Under the pieces are notes generated by a model. The model had not been told where the DNA came from. It did not search any database and worked only from the letters and a program-made list of their open reading frames with translations. Of a stretch of DNA of 32,000 nucleotides, positions 15,176-24,218 are shown in pieces. Source of the stretch: Nitrososphaerota archaeon (lineage in GTDB: Archaea; Thermoproteota; Nitrososphaeria; Nitrososphaerales; Nitrosopumilaceae). The stretch spans positions 47,824-79,823 of the forward strand of contig JAJPGX010000030.1 in assembly GCA_021325595.1 (NCBI GenBank), given 5' to 3'. The translations under genes were made by a program, and so were the position numbers. Position 1 is the stretch's first letter. Each line of letters starts with the position of its first letter.

Positions 15176-16948
15176 TTAATTAATTAATTTTCCAAGCCTT
15201 TCTGTCTGGGTTTTTATGTATTCGAATCCTTCCTGCCAGAAATTCTCAGATGAAATGTCTATTCCATGTTCTCTGAGCAAATCTTCCGGTTTCTTTGATC
15301 CTCCAGCAGAAAGAATATCCACATATGTTGAAACAAATCCGCTTCCTTCTTTTCTGTATCTTTGGAACAAAGACAAAGAGAGTAGATTTCCAAACGAATA
15401 CGAATAGCAATAAAACGGTGAATGGTAAAAATGTGGAATGGATGACCATTCTATGCCAAAGTCAGGAGTAACTATTACAGAATTTCCAAACTGCTGTTGT
15501 AATGTTTTCATGTATTCTGTACTGATGTCTTGTACGGTTGCCCCCTCTCCTATTATGGCGTGAGCTGCAACTTCAAAGACTGTAAAGTATGCCTGTCTTC
15601 CTATTGTTGCATAAAGGTCGTCTATGTGCCCAACCAATATGGGTAATCTTTCCTTATCGCTTACCTTGTCCAAAATTTTGTTAAACAATAGCATTTCTGA
15701 AAATGTTGACGCAGTTTCGGCTAGTGGTAGAGGGGCCTCTGCTATAAAAATTGATTTGTCAGATGCTGCCATGCTGTGTATGGCATGACCTACTTCATGC
15801 GCTAGTGTAAAAACATCATTGGTTTTTCCTTTGAAATTTACCAAAACATAGGGTGTCATCTTTGGTGTTATGGTACTACAAAATGCTCCGCTTCTCTTTC
15901 CAGGTCTGATTATAGAATCCACGTGTTTCTCCACAAAAACTTTCTTTGCATGCTGCCATAATTCTGGACTAAAACTATGAAGTGTATCAAGTACCAGTTT
16001 TACAGCATTTTCATAGTTGTACCTTTTTTCTTCTTTTTTCTCTACAGGAGCGTAAATATCATATCTTCTAAGTTTTTTCATGTTCATGATCTTTGCTTTT
16101 TGTTGGAAAAAGCTGCGAAATACATCTGTATTTCTTTTACATACTGAAAGCAGGGAGTTTACAGTTTTATCGTCAACATCGTTTCCAATGTTTCTGACTG
16201 ATATAGGTGATGAGTATCCACGTATTTGGATACATTCATCTTTCCAGTTTTGAACAATGTTTTGATAAATCTCTCCAAGCACTCCTTTGTTTTTGTCATA
16301 CTGGGAAAACAGTGCTTTGTATGCAACCTCTCTTACTTTTGGTCTTGGACTACGTACCAGAAGTGTAAGCTCTTCTCTATTGTATTTTTTTACTTTACCA
16401 TCTATTTTGACTATGAACTCAAAGGCATTTGTGATCTTATCATATAATCTCACAAGTGCGGAATGACCAGTCACATCTAGTGTATTGATTATTTTTTCTT
16501 CCGGCTCTGTTAGTGAATATTTAGCAAGCAGTCTCTTGTATCTTAGAAATTCATACAGCTCGCCAGATGATTTCATCAAGCGTTGTGCATTTTTTTCATC
16601 AAGCTGTTTTTTCCACCATTGGTCAAAAAACAGAGTTCTATTTTCCATCTCGGCCCCCAACTTTCTCATTCTTATAAGTAAGGATGTGGCCTTGTCAGAC
16701 TGTGTATCTAATGAATATTCTAAAGATGCATATCCTGAAACGATACTGAATTTTTCTGTGATTTCCTCTAAATCATGGAGCAGCGCATTGAACTTATTTT
16801 CCGAAATCTTGGGAGAAAGTATTTTTTTGTTCTTTTCAAACATCTTTACACGCGATTCTATGTATCTAATTTGATTAGTAAATTGAGGAGACTCTGGATC
16901 TTTTACAAGTTGGCTTAGATCCCATTTGCCTTGCTTGAAAACTTGCAT
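15176..16948 (-). CDS. pepF: oligoendopeptidase F (M3B metallopeptidase)
   Basis: 590 aa. The zinc motif is HEVGHAIH with a downstream Glu (PLAETAS). A TATA-like TATTTTAAT box (minus sense) lies about 29 nt upstream. Confidence 0.9.
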   Translation of the reverse strand: MQVFKQGKWDLSQLVKDPESPQFTNQIRYIESRVKMFEKNKKILSPKISENKFNALLHDLEEITEKFSIVSGYASLEYSLDTQSDKATSLLIRMRKLGAEMENRTLFFDQWWKKQLDEKNAQRLMKSSGELYEFLRYKRLLAKYSLTEPEEKIINTLDVTGHSALVRLYDKITNAFEFIVKIDGKVKKYNREELTLLVRSPRPKVREVAYKALFSQYDKNKGVLGEIYQNIVQNWKDECIQIRGYSSPISVRNIGNDVDDKTVNSLLSVCKRNTDVFRSFFQQKAKIMNMKKLRRYDIYAPVEKKEEKRYNYENAVKLVLDTLHSFSPELWQHAKKVFVEKHVDSIIRPGKRSGAFCSTITPKMTPYVLVNFKGKTNDVFTLAHEVGHAIHSMAASDKSIFIAEAPLPLAETASTFSEMLLFNKILDKVSDKERLPILVGHIDDLYATIGRQAYFTVFEVAAHAIIGEGATVQDISTEYMKTLQQQFGNSVIVTPDFGIEWSSIPHFYHSPFYCYSYSFGNLLSLSLFQRYRKEGSGFVSTYVDILSAGGSKKPEDLLREHGIDISSENFWQEGFEYIKTQTERLGKLIN

Positions 16949-17053
16949 CTACAACAAGGCTGGCTTTGTCATTAAAATACTATTTGGAAGAATCTGGCCA
17001 CAAAACCACGAGTCTGCAAACTTCTAATTTTCATTAGTATGAATTATTAGAAC

Positions 17054-17071
17054 GAATTCTACGCGTTTTTT
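17054..17071 (+). promoter_or_regulatory. GAATTCTACGCGTTTTT element abutting the TATA box of the C2H2 mini-gene; identical 17-mer at 31195-31211
   Basis: Exact 17-nt identity between the two loci. Both copies end 27-28 nt upstream of an ATG. AGTATGAATT also precedes both copies. Confidence 0.5.
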
Positions 17072-17099
17072 AAATATAAAAAATTGTTTTATTGAGTTG

Positions 17100-17219
17100 A
17101 TGAGCATGACTGCTTGGAAATGTTACAGGTGCAACCTCACTTTCAAGGAGAAAGAACATGCCATCATGCATAGAGACATATCGCGACATGACGCAAGACA
17201 AGTGGAAATAGCTAATTAG
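17100..17219 (+). CDS. 39-aa classical C2H2 zinc-finger microprotein, not in the ORF track
   Basis: Translation: MSMTAWKCYRCNLTFKEKEHAIMHRDISRHDARQVEIAN. This fits C-x2-C-x3-F-x5-A-x2-H-x5-H. A TTTAAATATAAAA box is centred about 25 nt upstream of the ATG. Confidence 0.5.
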   Translation: MSMTAWKCYRCNLTFKEKEHAIMHRDISRHDARQVEIAN

Positions 17220-17313
17220 TTTTTAGAGTTATTTTCACTTGAATGTGTCGTAATACAAATGTCATTACAGTTCTAGCAAGTATTTATTTAGTCCTGAATT
17301 TGATTACCCGTTC

Positions 17314-18378
17314 ATGGACCATCATAATTTCAAAGGAAAAGATATTCCTCATCTGAAAGTCACACCCAACATGGGAATTGATGATCTAGTTGAAATTTTT
17401 GCAAGTACTGGATACAATGCAAGACAATTGGGTGAAGCTGCTAAGCTTTATTGCAAAATGATAGAAGATGATGCTACTATTTGCCTTACTATTTCTGGTG
17501 CAATGACTCCTGTTGGATTCGGTGGACTCTTCAAGGCATTAATTGAACGTGGTTTTGTTGATTGGATAATATCTACCGGTGCAAACGTGTATCATGAGGA
17601 TCACTTTGCATGGAATCTTCCAATAAAGCAAGGCCATTTTGAGGTAGATGATATGATTTTGTATGAAAAAGACATTGTCAGAATAAGGGATGTTTACATT
17701 AAAGGTGAAGAAACACTAAAAGCTGAAGATAAGCTTGTCCAAAAGATGTTTTCAAAAAATCTCATAAATGAATCATTTACTACTGCAGAATTTTGTAATG
17801 CAATGGGAAAATACTCAAAAGAGCACTCCAAACGCCCTGAGCGAAGCTTTGTAGTTACAGCATATGATTATGATGTCCCAGTCTATGTCTCGACCCTAAA
17901 AGACTCATCACTTGCCTTGGACCTTGCTCCATTGAGGCTTGAAAACAAGATCTACAACGTGGATATTGTTCGAGAGATACTGGAACAAGCAGCTATTGTT
18001 TACAATTCTAAAAAATCTGGAATCGTAGAGATTGGAGGAGGCGTTCCAAAAAACACTGCGCAGCAAACAGGACCTCTACTTGACCAAATACTTGGACTGG
18101 GTCACGGGGGGCAAAATTACATTATCCAAATGACTGATGCTAGACCTGATACTGGCGGTCTTTCTGGTGCCACATTACAAGAAGGAAAAAGCTGGGGAAA
18201 GGTAAAAGATTCTCATGAGGACGTTATAATGGTATACGCTGATGCCACAATCGCATTTCCAATTTTATGTCTTTATGCACTAAGTACTGAAAAACCAAGA
18301 AAACCAAAAAGACTCTATAAAAAATTAAACAAATATTACAATGATTTAGCAGAGGTTTATTTTAATAAAAAGCGCTAG
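17314..18378 (+). CDS. dys: deoxyhypusine synthase
   Basis: 354 aa. Contains EIGGGVPKN and EGKSWGKV, and overall looks like DHS. A TATTTATTTA box lies about 28 nt upstream. Confidence 0.9.
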   Translation: MDHHNFKGKDIPHLKVTPNMGIDDLVEIFASTGYNARQLGEAAKLYCKMIEDDATICLTISGAMTPVGFGGLFKALIERGFVDWIISTGANVYHEDHFAWNLPIKQGHFEVDDMILYEKDIVRIRDVYIKGEETLKAEDKLVQKMFSKNLINESFTTAEFCNAMGKYSKEHSKRPERSFVVTAYDYDVPVYVSTLKDSSLALDLAPLRLENKIYNVDIVREILEQAAIVYNSKKSGIVEIGGGVPKNTAQQTGPLLDQILGLGHGGQNYIIQMTDARPDTGGLSGATLQEGKSWGKVKDSHEDVIMVYADATIAFPILCLYALSTEKPRKPKRLYKKLNKYYNDLAEVYFNKKR

Positions 18379-18587
18379 AATCTATCAAATCTAGCTCTTT
18401 CAACATCTCTGTCTTCTTTAGTTGCTTTCTTCCATTCTTTGTAATGTTCTTTACACAGAACTGTTCTCTTTGAACTTGTAGAAATACTAAGACCAGTCCC
18501 TTCAACTTTTGAAGTGGTAAGTGAGCGCATTCCATCTTTGTCACACCCTGTCACATTACATTTTGCACCTTTTGCTATTATGCCCAT
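18375..18587 (-). CDS. 70-aa small zinc-finger protein (C-x4-C ... C-x2-H) with charged C-terminal helix
   Basis: Translation: MGIIAKGAKCNVTGCDKDG...RTVLCKEHYKEWKKATKEDRDVERARFDRF. A TATA-like box at 18605-18614 lies about 23 nt upstream. I prefer this frame to the overlapping frame at 18362-18544. Its end overlaps the dys stop by 4 nt. Confidence 0.6.
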   Translation of the reverse strand: MGIIAKGAKCNVTGCDKDGMRSLTTSKVEGTGLSISTSSKRTVLCKEHYKEWKKATKEDRDVERARFDRF

Positions 18588-18693
18588 GAAAACCCCTTTG
18601 TACCAATATTATATCAGGCTTTTTACAGTTGTGGCAAAATTCCTTCATCATCATTATTAATGATATAAATTATTGAGAAATGGTCGTTATCAA

Positions 18694-19269
18694 ATGCTTA
18701 ACAACCTGCGTGAAGCCCTAAAACCTACGCTCCAAAACATTGGTAAAGTCTTCGCTTCTACTGGTCTGTCTGCAAACTTCTGGACCGCTGTCGGTTTAGG
18801 GTTTGCATTTGCATCTTCTATTGTTTATGGAATTCACATGCAGTATTCTTTTATCTGGGGTGGAATATTGCTATTAATTTCTGGTTTTTTTGATATTGTA
18901 GACGGGCAAGTTGCCAGAATAACTGTCAAGACATCCAAACGAGGAGCATTTCTTGATTCTGTTTTTGATAAGATTGCTGAGGTTGCAATATTTCTCGGAA
19001 TACTTGTTGGCGGATATTCTGAAGGATACATAGTTTTACTTGCTATTACATTATCATTACTAGTTAGTTATACTAGGGCAAGAGCAGAATCGCTTGGTGT
19101 TCAGCTTCAAGGAATTGGTATTGGTGAAAGAGCAGAAAGATTGCTTGTTATTGCAGTCATTGGTATGATACCAGGATTGATGTATTATGCAATGATAATA
19201 GTTGCAATAATTGCTGCAATTACACTTGTACAAAGAATAATAACAACTTCTCAGGCAATCAAGGATTGA
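18694..19269 (+). CDS. CDP-alcohol phosphatidyltransferase (archaeal polar-lipid headgroup synthase family)
   Basis: The exact motif D-x2-DG-x2-AR-x8-G-x3-D-x3-D is present (DIVDGQVARITVKTSKRGAFLDSVFD). There are multiple TM helices. The ATG at 18694 is preferred over the TTG at 18673 because of the GATATAAATTA box about 27 nt upstream. Confidence 0.85.
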   Translation: MLNNLREALKPTLQNIGKVFASTGLSANFWTAVGLGFAFASSIVYGIHMQYSFIWGGILLLISGFFDIVDGQVARITVKTSKRGAFLDSVFDKIAEVAIFLGILVGGYSEGYIVLLAITLSLLVSYTRARAESLGVQLQGIGIGERAERLLVIAVIGMIPGLMYYAMIIVAIIAAITLVQRIITTSQAIKD

Positions 19270-19557
19270 TTATCTGAGTCTGCCATGCTGACGTCTCGAG
19301 TCTGCGGATCTAATCTTTAGTATGCCAAAGTGTATTGCACATGAAATACAGTACCACTTCAAAATTGTCGGTGCTGCTATGTATGCGCCTTGAGCTCTTA
19401 ATTCTTTTGCAAGACTGTGCTCAACCAAGTTTAGTCTTGATGTTACCTTTTTCGCTTTATCACGTGGAACGGTAGCTCCGCAGTTTGTACATTGGATACG
19501 ATCGGAAGAACCCTTTCCTCCTTTCTTTCTACCACGACTTGCACGTTTTAATGGCAT
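19270..19557 (-). CDS. rps26e: ribosomal protein eS26
   Basis: 95 aa. The N-terminus is MPLKRASRGRKKGGKG. CTNCGATVPRDKA and YCISCAIH form the zinc ribbon. A TTATAAAG box lies about 25 nt upstream. Confidence 0.9.
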   Translation of the reverse strand: MPLKRASRGRKKGGKGSSDRIQCTNCGATVPRDKAKKVTSRLNLVEHSLAKELRAQGAYIAAPTILKWYCISCAIHFGILKIRSADSRRQHGRLR

Positions 19558-19736
19558 AGGGTATGTGTAATATGCCTCTTTATAACGATATTTGATGTGG
19601 GTTATGCCAAATGTCGACTCTTCATAAGTGAATTTTCTACATAAAGCAATTTTTGCCTAAAAAACAAACTGATGATTAACTGCATTAAAACATCTTGCGC
19701 TTAAAGCATTTAAGAGAGAATTTCATTTGTTTTATT

Positions 19737-19844
19737 ATGCGAGGTCTCTGTCATACATGCCTCCGTTCCAACGTAGATCTTACTGTGCAAAAAGGTAGGA
19801 TAGTCTGTTTTTCTTGCCTTGAGAAAGAACAGAAAAAGAACTAA
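19737..19844 (+). CDS. 35-aa zinc-ribbon microprotein (C-x2-C-x15-C-x2-C), not in the ORF track
   Basis: Translation: MRGLCHTCLRSNVDLTVQKGRIVCFSCLEKEQKKN. A GCATTTAAGAG box lies about 26 nt upstream. The stop is 28 nt before the PfkB ATG. Confidence 0.4.
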   Translation: MRGLCHTCLRSNVDLTVQKGRIVCFSCLEKEQKKN

Positions 19845-19872
19845 ATGGACAGACCATGACCATCAAGTTCGA

Positions 19873-20748
19873 ATGAAGCTTACTATTTTTTCTCATTGTA
19901 CAATTGATGAAATATCTAGAAATGATAATGCAGTAGAAACTCCAGGTGGGCCTGGACTGTACTGTGGTTTTACAGCAAAAAATATGAAATTTGATGTTGA
20001 TCTACGAACAAAAATAGGCCCTGATTTTTCATATCACTCCAATTTGGAAAAAAGAGGAATATTTCTTGCCCAGGATTCTCTTTCTAATAATCCTACTACC
20101 AGATTTTTACTGAAAATATCTGGAACTGATAGAGAATTATTTTTAAAAGCAAGATGTGATCCTATTGAATATAATGCATTTGATTCCGATGGCGTTATAG
20201 TCAGTCCTGTTTTTGATGAGGTATCTGAAGAAGTTCTTGGTAATGTTAAAGAAAATTCTGATTTCGTTCTGCTTGATCCGCAAGGATACCTACGTAGAAT
20301 AGACAATAATAATAAAATCTTCCTTGAAAAAACTTTACTTGATCTATCAAAAATTAATGCGATAAAAACAGATCCAGAGGAAGCATTCTATCTTACAGGA
20401 TCAAAAGAAAAAGATGCTATGTTATTACTGCAGAAAAAAGGGGTAAAATATGTTCTTTACACTAATAAACAAAACATTACAATGCTTGTAAAAGACAGAT
20501 TGTATCGTCTACAAATCCCTAATATGACAATTGGTGACACCACTGGTGTAGGGGATATTTTTTGTGCAGCTTTTACTTGTGCGTTTCTGAAAGAAAATGA
20601 TGTACTCTGGGCTATTTGTTTTGCTGTGGGTGCAGCACAATCTGCGCTTGAAACCAAAGGCACAGGTCTTGACAAGATACCGTTTTCTGGAAATATAGAA
20701 ACAAATGCAGCCTATTTGTATAACCTTATGAAATTTGAACAAGTCTAA
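19873..20748 (+). CDS. PfkB-family (ribokinase-like) sugar/nucleoside kinase, substrate unknown
   Basis: The C-terminal motif is GDTTGVGDIFCAAF. The start is set at ATG 19873 (MKLTIFSHCTIDEI). The track's upstream TTG extension overlaps the zinc-ribbon mini-ORF. Confidence 0.8.
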   Translation: MKLTIFSHCTIDEISRNDNAVETPGGPGLYCGFTAKNMKFDVDLRTKIGPDFSYHSNLEKRGIFLAQDSLSNNPTTRFLLKISGTDRELFLKARCDPIEYNAFDSDGVIVSPVFDEVSEEVLGNVKENSDFVLLDPQGYLRRIDNNNKIFLEKTLLDLSKINAIKTDPEEAFYLTGSKEKDAMLLLQKKGVKYVLYTNKQNITMLVKDRLYRLQIPNMTIGDTTGVGDIFCAAFTCAFLKENDVLWAICFAVGAAQSALETKGTGLDKIPFSGNIETNAAYLYNLMKFEQV

Positions 20749-20778
20749 GCTTTTATTGTCTATGTATAAAGTTAATCT

Positions 20779-21771
20779 GTGAAAGTAGCAATCTATAGCC
20801 ATGACCAAGAACAGACAGTAAAATCAGTAAAGATCTCGTTAGAAAGTCACAATATTGAATCTGTGACCTTGGGAACAAAACCACTCGGCAAAGATGTAGA
20901 CTATGTCATCGTCACAGGAGGAGATAGAGGAGTCAGAACATATTTTCATCGTTTCACAAATTCAATAATACCGGTATTAGGAATAAATGAGTTTGAATCA
21001 AGCGGATATTTGGCGCAAACAGATCTTAAAGAATTTCCCACATATTTGAACAGACTCAAAAAAGGTGATTTTACAATTGAGCATCTAACAAGAGTGGGTG
21101 TAAAAATTGACGGAAAGCCTATCTATCCTGCATTAAACGACGTAGCTATTTTCTCTTCAAAGAGTGCTACTCTGGTAGAACATGTGTTACGCGTCAATGG
21201 GGAAGAAGTATGGCATGATAGTAGTGATGGTCTTATCGTTTCTACTCCAATAGGATCATCTGCATATTCCATGTCTGCAGGTGGTCCCGCAATTTATCAA
21301 AACTCCAAAGTGTTTTGTATTGTATCAGTTAACTCTCTTGATATTACAAGGAGACCACTAATCGTTCCAGAAGAAAGTTTCATTGAAATTGATGATATTT
21401 CATCTAGTTTAAGATGTGAGGCGGTATTGGATGGAAAAGATAGATTCAAGGTTGACAAAACTGTAACTTGCACTAAATTTCCACTACCAGCAAATGTCAT
21501 TAGAATGAAAAAAGACTCTACAACTGTTTCTGCCATGACTAAAAAAGTAAAACTGGCTGATGAGCTACTGAATATGCCGCCAAGCTCAAAATTATTATTA
21601 AAAACATTAGAGTATGAAGGTTCTTTGACACAAAAAGAACTTGTAGCAAAAACCCTTCTTCCTGACCGAACAGTCAGACTTGCCTTGCGACACTTGTTGG
21701 ATAAAGGATATGTCAAAAGACGTGTCTCACTGCGAGATACTAGACAGAGAATTTACGAAGTTCCAAAGTAG
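20779..21771 (+). CDS. nadK: NAD kinase fused to a C-terminal winged-helix (MarR/TrmB-like) domain
   Basis: 330 aa with a GTG start. Kinase motifs are VTGGDRG, NDVAIF and DGLIVSTPIGSSAYSMSAGGP. Residues from about 266 to 330 read SSKLLLKTLEYEGSLTQKELVAKTLLPDRTVRLALRHLLDKGYVKRRVSLRDTRQRIYEV, which is a typical wHTH. Confidence 0.85.
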   Translation: MKVAIYSHDQEQTVKSVKISLESHNIESVTLGTKPLGKDVDYVIVTGGDRGVRTYFHRFTNSIIPVLGINEFESSGYLAQTDLKEFPTYLNRLKKGDFTIEHLTRVGVKIDGKPIYPALNDVAIFSSKSATLVEHVLRVNGEEVWHDSSDGLIVSTPIGSSAYSMSAGGPAIYQNSKVFCIVSVNSLDITRRPLIVPEESFIEIDDISSSLRCEAVLDGKDRFKVDKTVTCTKFPLPANVIRMKKDSTTVSAMTKKVKLADELLNMPPSSKLLLKTLEYEGSLTQKELVAKTLLPDRTVRLALRHLLDKGYVKRRVSLRDTRQRIYEVPK

Positions 21772-21773
21772 TC

Positions 21774-23387
21774 TTACGCACCAGCAGCTTTAATGAACGC
21801 CTCAAAAGACTCTTCTGGGTATCCTGGCCTACTACTGAATTCTGGATGAAATTGTACTCCAAAGTAGAACTTGTGGGATGGTATTTCAAGAATCTCCATT
21901 CTTTTTTTACTATCACTATATCCTGTAAATTTCAAACCTTTACTTACAAACAAGTCTAGGTATTTTTGATTGAACTCATATCTATGTCTATGTCTTTTAT
22001 GAATCAGATTTGATTTGTAAATCTTGAACGCAAGTGTATTGTCTTCTATTTTGATTTCATGTGCACCAAGGCGTAAAGAACCACCCTTATTTTCAATTGT
22101 TTTTTGTTCCGGCAATAAATCAATTATTGGATTTTCAGTATTTGGTGAAATCTCAGTGGAGTTTGCATTAGTTAATCCACAAACATATCTTCCAAACGCA
22201 ACTGCAGCAAGCTGAAATCCAAAACATATTCCAAGATACGGTATGTTTTTTTCTCTAGCAAAATTTGCAGTATTGATTATTCCTTCTACCCCTCTCTCTC
22301 CAAATCCGCCTGGCACGATTATGCCATCATATGATGATAGTCGTTCAACATTTCCATTGAGTTCTTCAGAGTCTATCCAGTCTACAATTACATTTTTTCC
22401 TAATTTTGCACCGGCGTGCTTGAGCGCCTGATTAACACTTACATAACTATCTGCTAGTTTGACATATTTTCCAACCATTGCAATTTTCACTTGATCTTTA
22501 ATGTTGTGAAATGAATTTACTATCAGATTCCATTTGTCCCAATTTGTAGATGTGTTAACCAATCCAACTTTGCCGAATTTTTTGAAAATCTCATCAATTA
22601 TTCCCTGGTCATATAGCATCTGTGGCACAAGCAAGATGGATTCTGCATCATGACATGAAAACACATCTTTCACTGCAACGTTTGAGAAAAGCGAAATTTT
22701 TTTCCTTGCAGAATCTTCAAGTGGTCTAGAACATCTAACTGCCAGTAAATCTGGTTGGATACCTATTCTCCTAAGTTCTTGTACGCTGTGTTGTGTAGGT
22801 TTTGTTTTTTGTTCACCCACCACGTCTAATGACGGTGCAAGGGTAACATGAACAAAGACTACGGTTTCTGGTCCTTCTTCCAATCTAATCTGTCGTAATG
22901 CTTCAAGAAATGGTAAACTTTCGATATCTCCTACTGTTCCACCACATTCAACAACTAACATGTCGAGATTCTCTACTTTTGCTATCTTTCTGATTCTCTC
23001 CTTTATGGCATCTGTAACATGAGGAATTATTTGAACACATGCTCCAAGATACTCTCCTTTCCTCTCGGCTTCTATTACGCTGGAATATACCTGAGCAGTT
23101 GTTATATTGTGTGTTCGTGGAATGCTCTGATTGAGAAATCTCTCATAATTACCAATATCCATGTCACACTCTCCACCATCTTCTGTTACAAACACCTCTC
23201 CATGAGCAACTGGATTCATGGTACCAGCATCATAATTTAAGTACGGATCAATTTTCACACATGAAACTTTTTGATTGGATAGCTGTAACAGTTTTGCAAT
23301 TGATGATGAGATAACGCCTTTTCCAAGACCTGACATAACACCGCCTGTAACAAAAATATATTTTGTAGATTCTGCCTGCATATCCAT
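21774..23387 (-). CDS. pyrG: CTP synthase
   Basis: 537 aa. Contains YIFVTGGVMSGLGKG. The glutamine amidotransferase nucleophile is in LGICFGFQ, and the C-terminal HPEF motif is present. It starts 18 nt after the trpA stop. Confidence 0.95.
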   Translation of the reverse strand: MDMQAESTKYIFVTGGVMSGLGKGVISSSIAKLLQLSNQKVSCVKIDPYLNYDAGTMNPVAHGEVFVTEDGGECDMDIGNYERFLNQSIPRTHNITTAQVYSSVIEAERKGEYLGACVQIIPHVTDAIKERIRKIAKVENLDMLVVECGGTVGDIESLPFLEALRQIRLEEGPETVVFVHVTLAPSLDVVGEQKTKPTQHSVQELRRIGIQPDLLAVRCSRPLEDSARKKISLFSNVAVKDVFSCHDAESILLVPQMLYDQGIIDEIFKKFGKVGLVNTSTNWDKWNLIVNSFHNIKDQVKIAMVGKYVKLADSYVSVNQALKHAGAKLGKNVIVDWIDSEELNGNVERLSSYDGIIVPGGFGERGVEGIINTANFAREKNIPYLGICFGFQLAAVAFGRYVCGLTNANSTEISPNTENPIIDLLPEQKTIENKGGSLRLGAHEIKIEDNTLAFKIYKSNLIHKRHRHRYEFNQKYLDLFVSKGLKFTGYSDSKKRMEILEIPSHKFYFGVQFHPEFSSRPGYPEESFEAFIKAAGA

Positions 23388-23405
23388 CTTGGATAGGTGG
23401 TATTT

Positions 23406-24218
23406 TTATTTCTTATTGTAGATTGTAGCTTTCTTTAAATCTGAGGCAAATGATCTGATCTTTTCTTCAATCTTTGGCTGTGGTGTTTTTTCAATTAGAC
23501 GCAAGAATGCACTTCCAACTATTATTGCATCTGCACCGTTTTGTATGATAAACTTTACTTGCTCTGGACTGCTTACCCCAAAACCAACAGCTAGTGGTAT
23601 TTTACCACTTACAATATTTTTGGCTGCTTTGATTGCATGCAATGTATAGTCTTCGAATTTTCGTTGCACGCCGGTAGTACCAAAAACCGAAACAAGGTAG
23701 AGAAAACCAGAAGACGCATCAGCTATTTTCTTTATTCGCTCTGGTAATGTGTTAGGTGAGATCAAAAATATTGTATCTAGGTTGTTCTTTCTGGCCTCTA
23801 ACAAAAATTCTTTTGCTTCATCAATTGCCATATCTGGAAGAATCAATCCATCTATGCCAGCGTCTTTTATTGCAGACAAAAATTTATTGTAGCCCCGATG
23901 ATATAGTAGATTGGAATAAGTCATCAGTACTAGCGGTATGTCTGTTTCTTTTCTGATCCTTCTTACTATCTTGATAAATTTGTTAAAACTCATTCCTTTT
24001 TTTAATGCCTCAAAACTAGCATTTTGAATGACAGGACCGTCTGCTAATGGATCGGAAAAAGGTAATCCTAGTTCAATTATGTCTGTGCCACCTTTGACCA
24101 ATCCGCGAACAGAGGAAATGGTACCTTGCTCGTTTGGATAGCCTGCTACTATGTATGATATGAGAGCTTTTTGCTTATTTGCTCTAAGCTTTCTGAATTT
24201 ATCTTGAATTCTTGACAT
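23406..24218 (-). CDS. trpA: tryptophan synthase alpha chain
   Basis: 270 aa. Contains [17 protein letters not shown]. It overlaps trpB by 20 nt. Confidence 0.9.
   Translation of the reverse strand: MSRIQDKFRKLRANKQKALISYIVAGYPNEQGTISSVRGLVKGGTDIIELGLPFSDPLADGPVIQNASFEALKKGMSFNKFIKIVRRIRKETDIPLVLMTYSNLLYHRGYNKFLSAIKDAGIDGLILPDMAIDEAKEFLLEARKNNLDTIFLISPNTLPERIKKIADASSGFLYLVSVFGTTGVQRKFEDYTLHAIKAAKNIVSGKIPLAVGFGVSSPEQVKFIIQNGADAIIVGSAFLRLIEKTPQPKIEEKIRSFASDLKKATIYNKK

Noticed and set aside
18362-18544. 60-aa minus-strand ORF in an alternative frame to the 70-aa zinc-finger ORF.
   Set aside because: The 18375-18587 frame has the Cys/His knuckles, a paralog elsewhere in the window and a correctly spaced TATA box. 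The 60-aa frame has none of these.
19669-19680. CTGATGA (C-box-like) in the eS26 / zinc-ribbon intergenic region, and ATGATGT near 8888 and within 14233-14406, considered as C/D-box sRNA signals.
   Set aside because: No properly spaced D box (CTGA) or terminal stem accompanies any of them in the right order and orientation.
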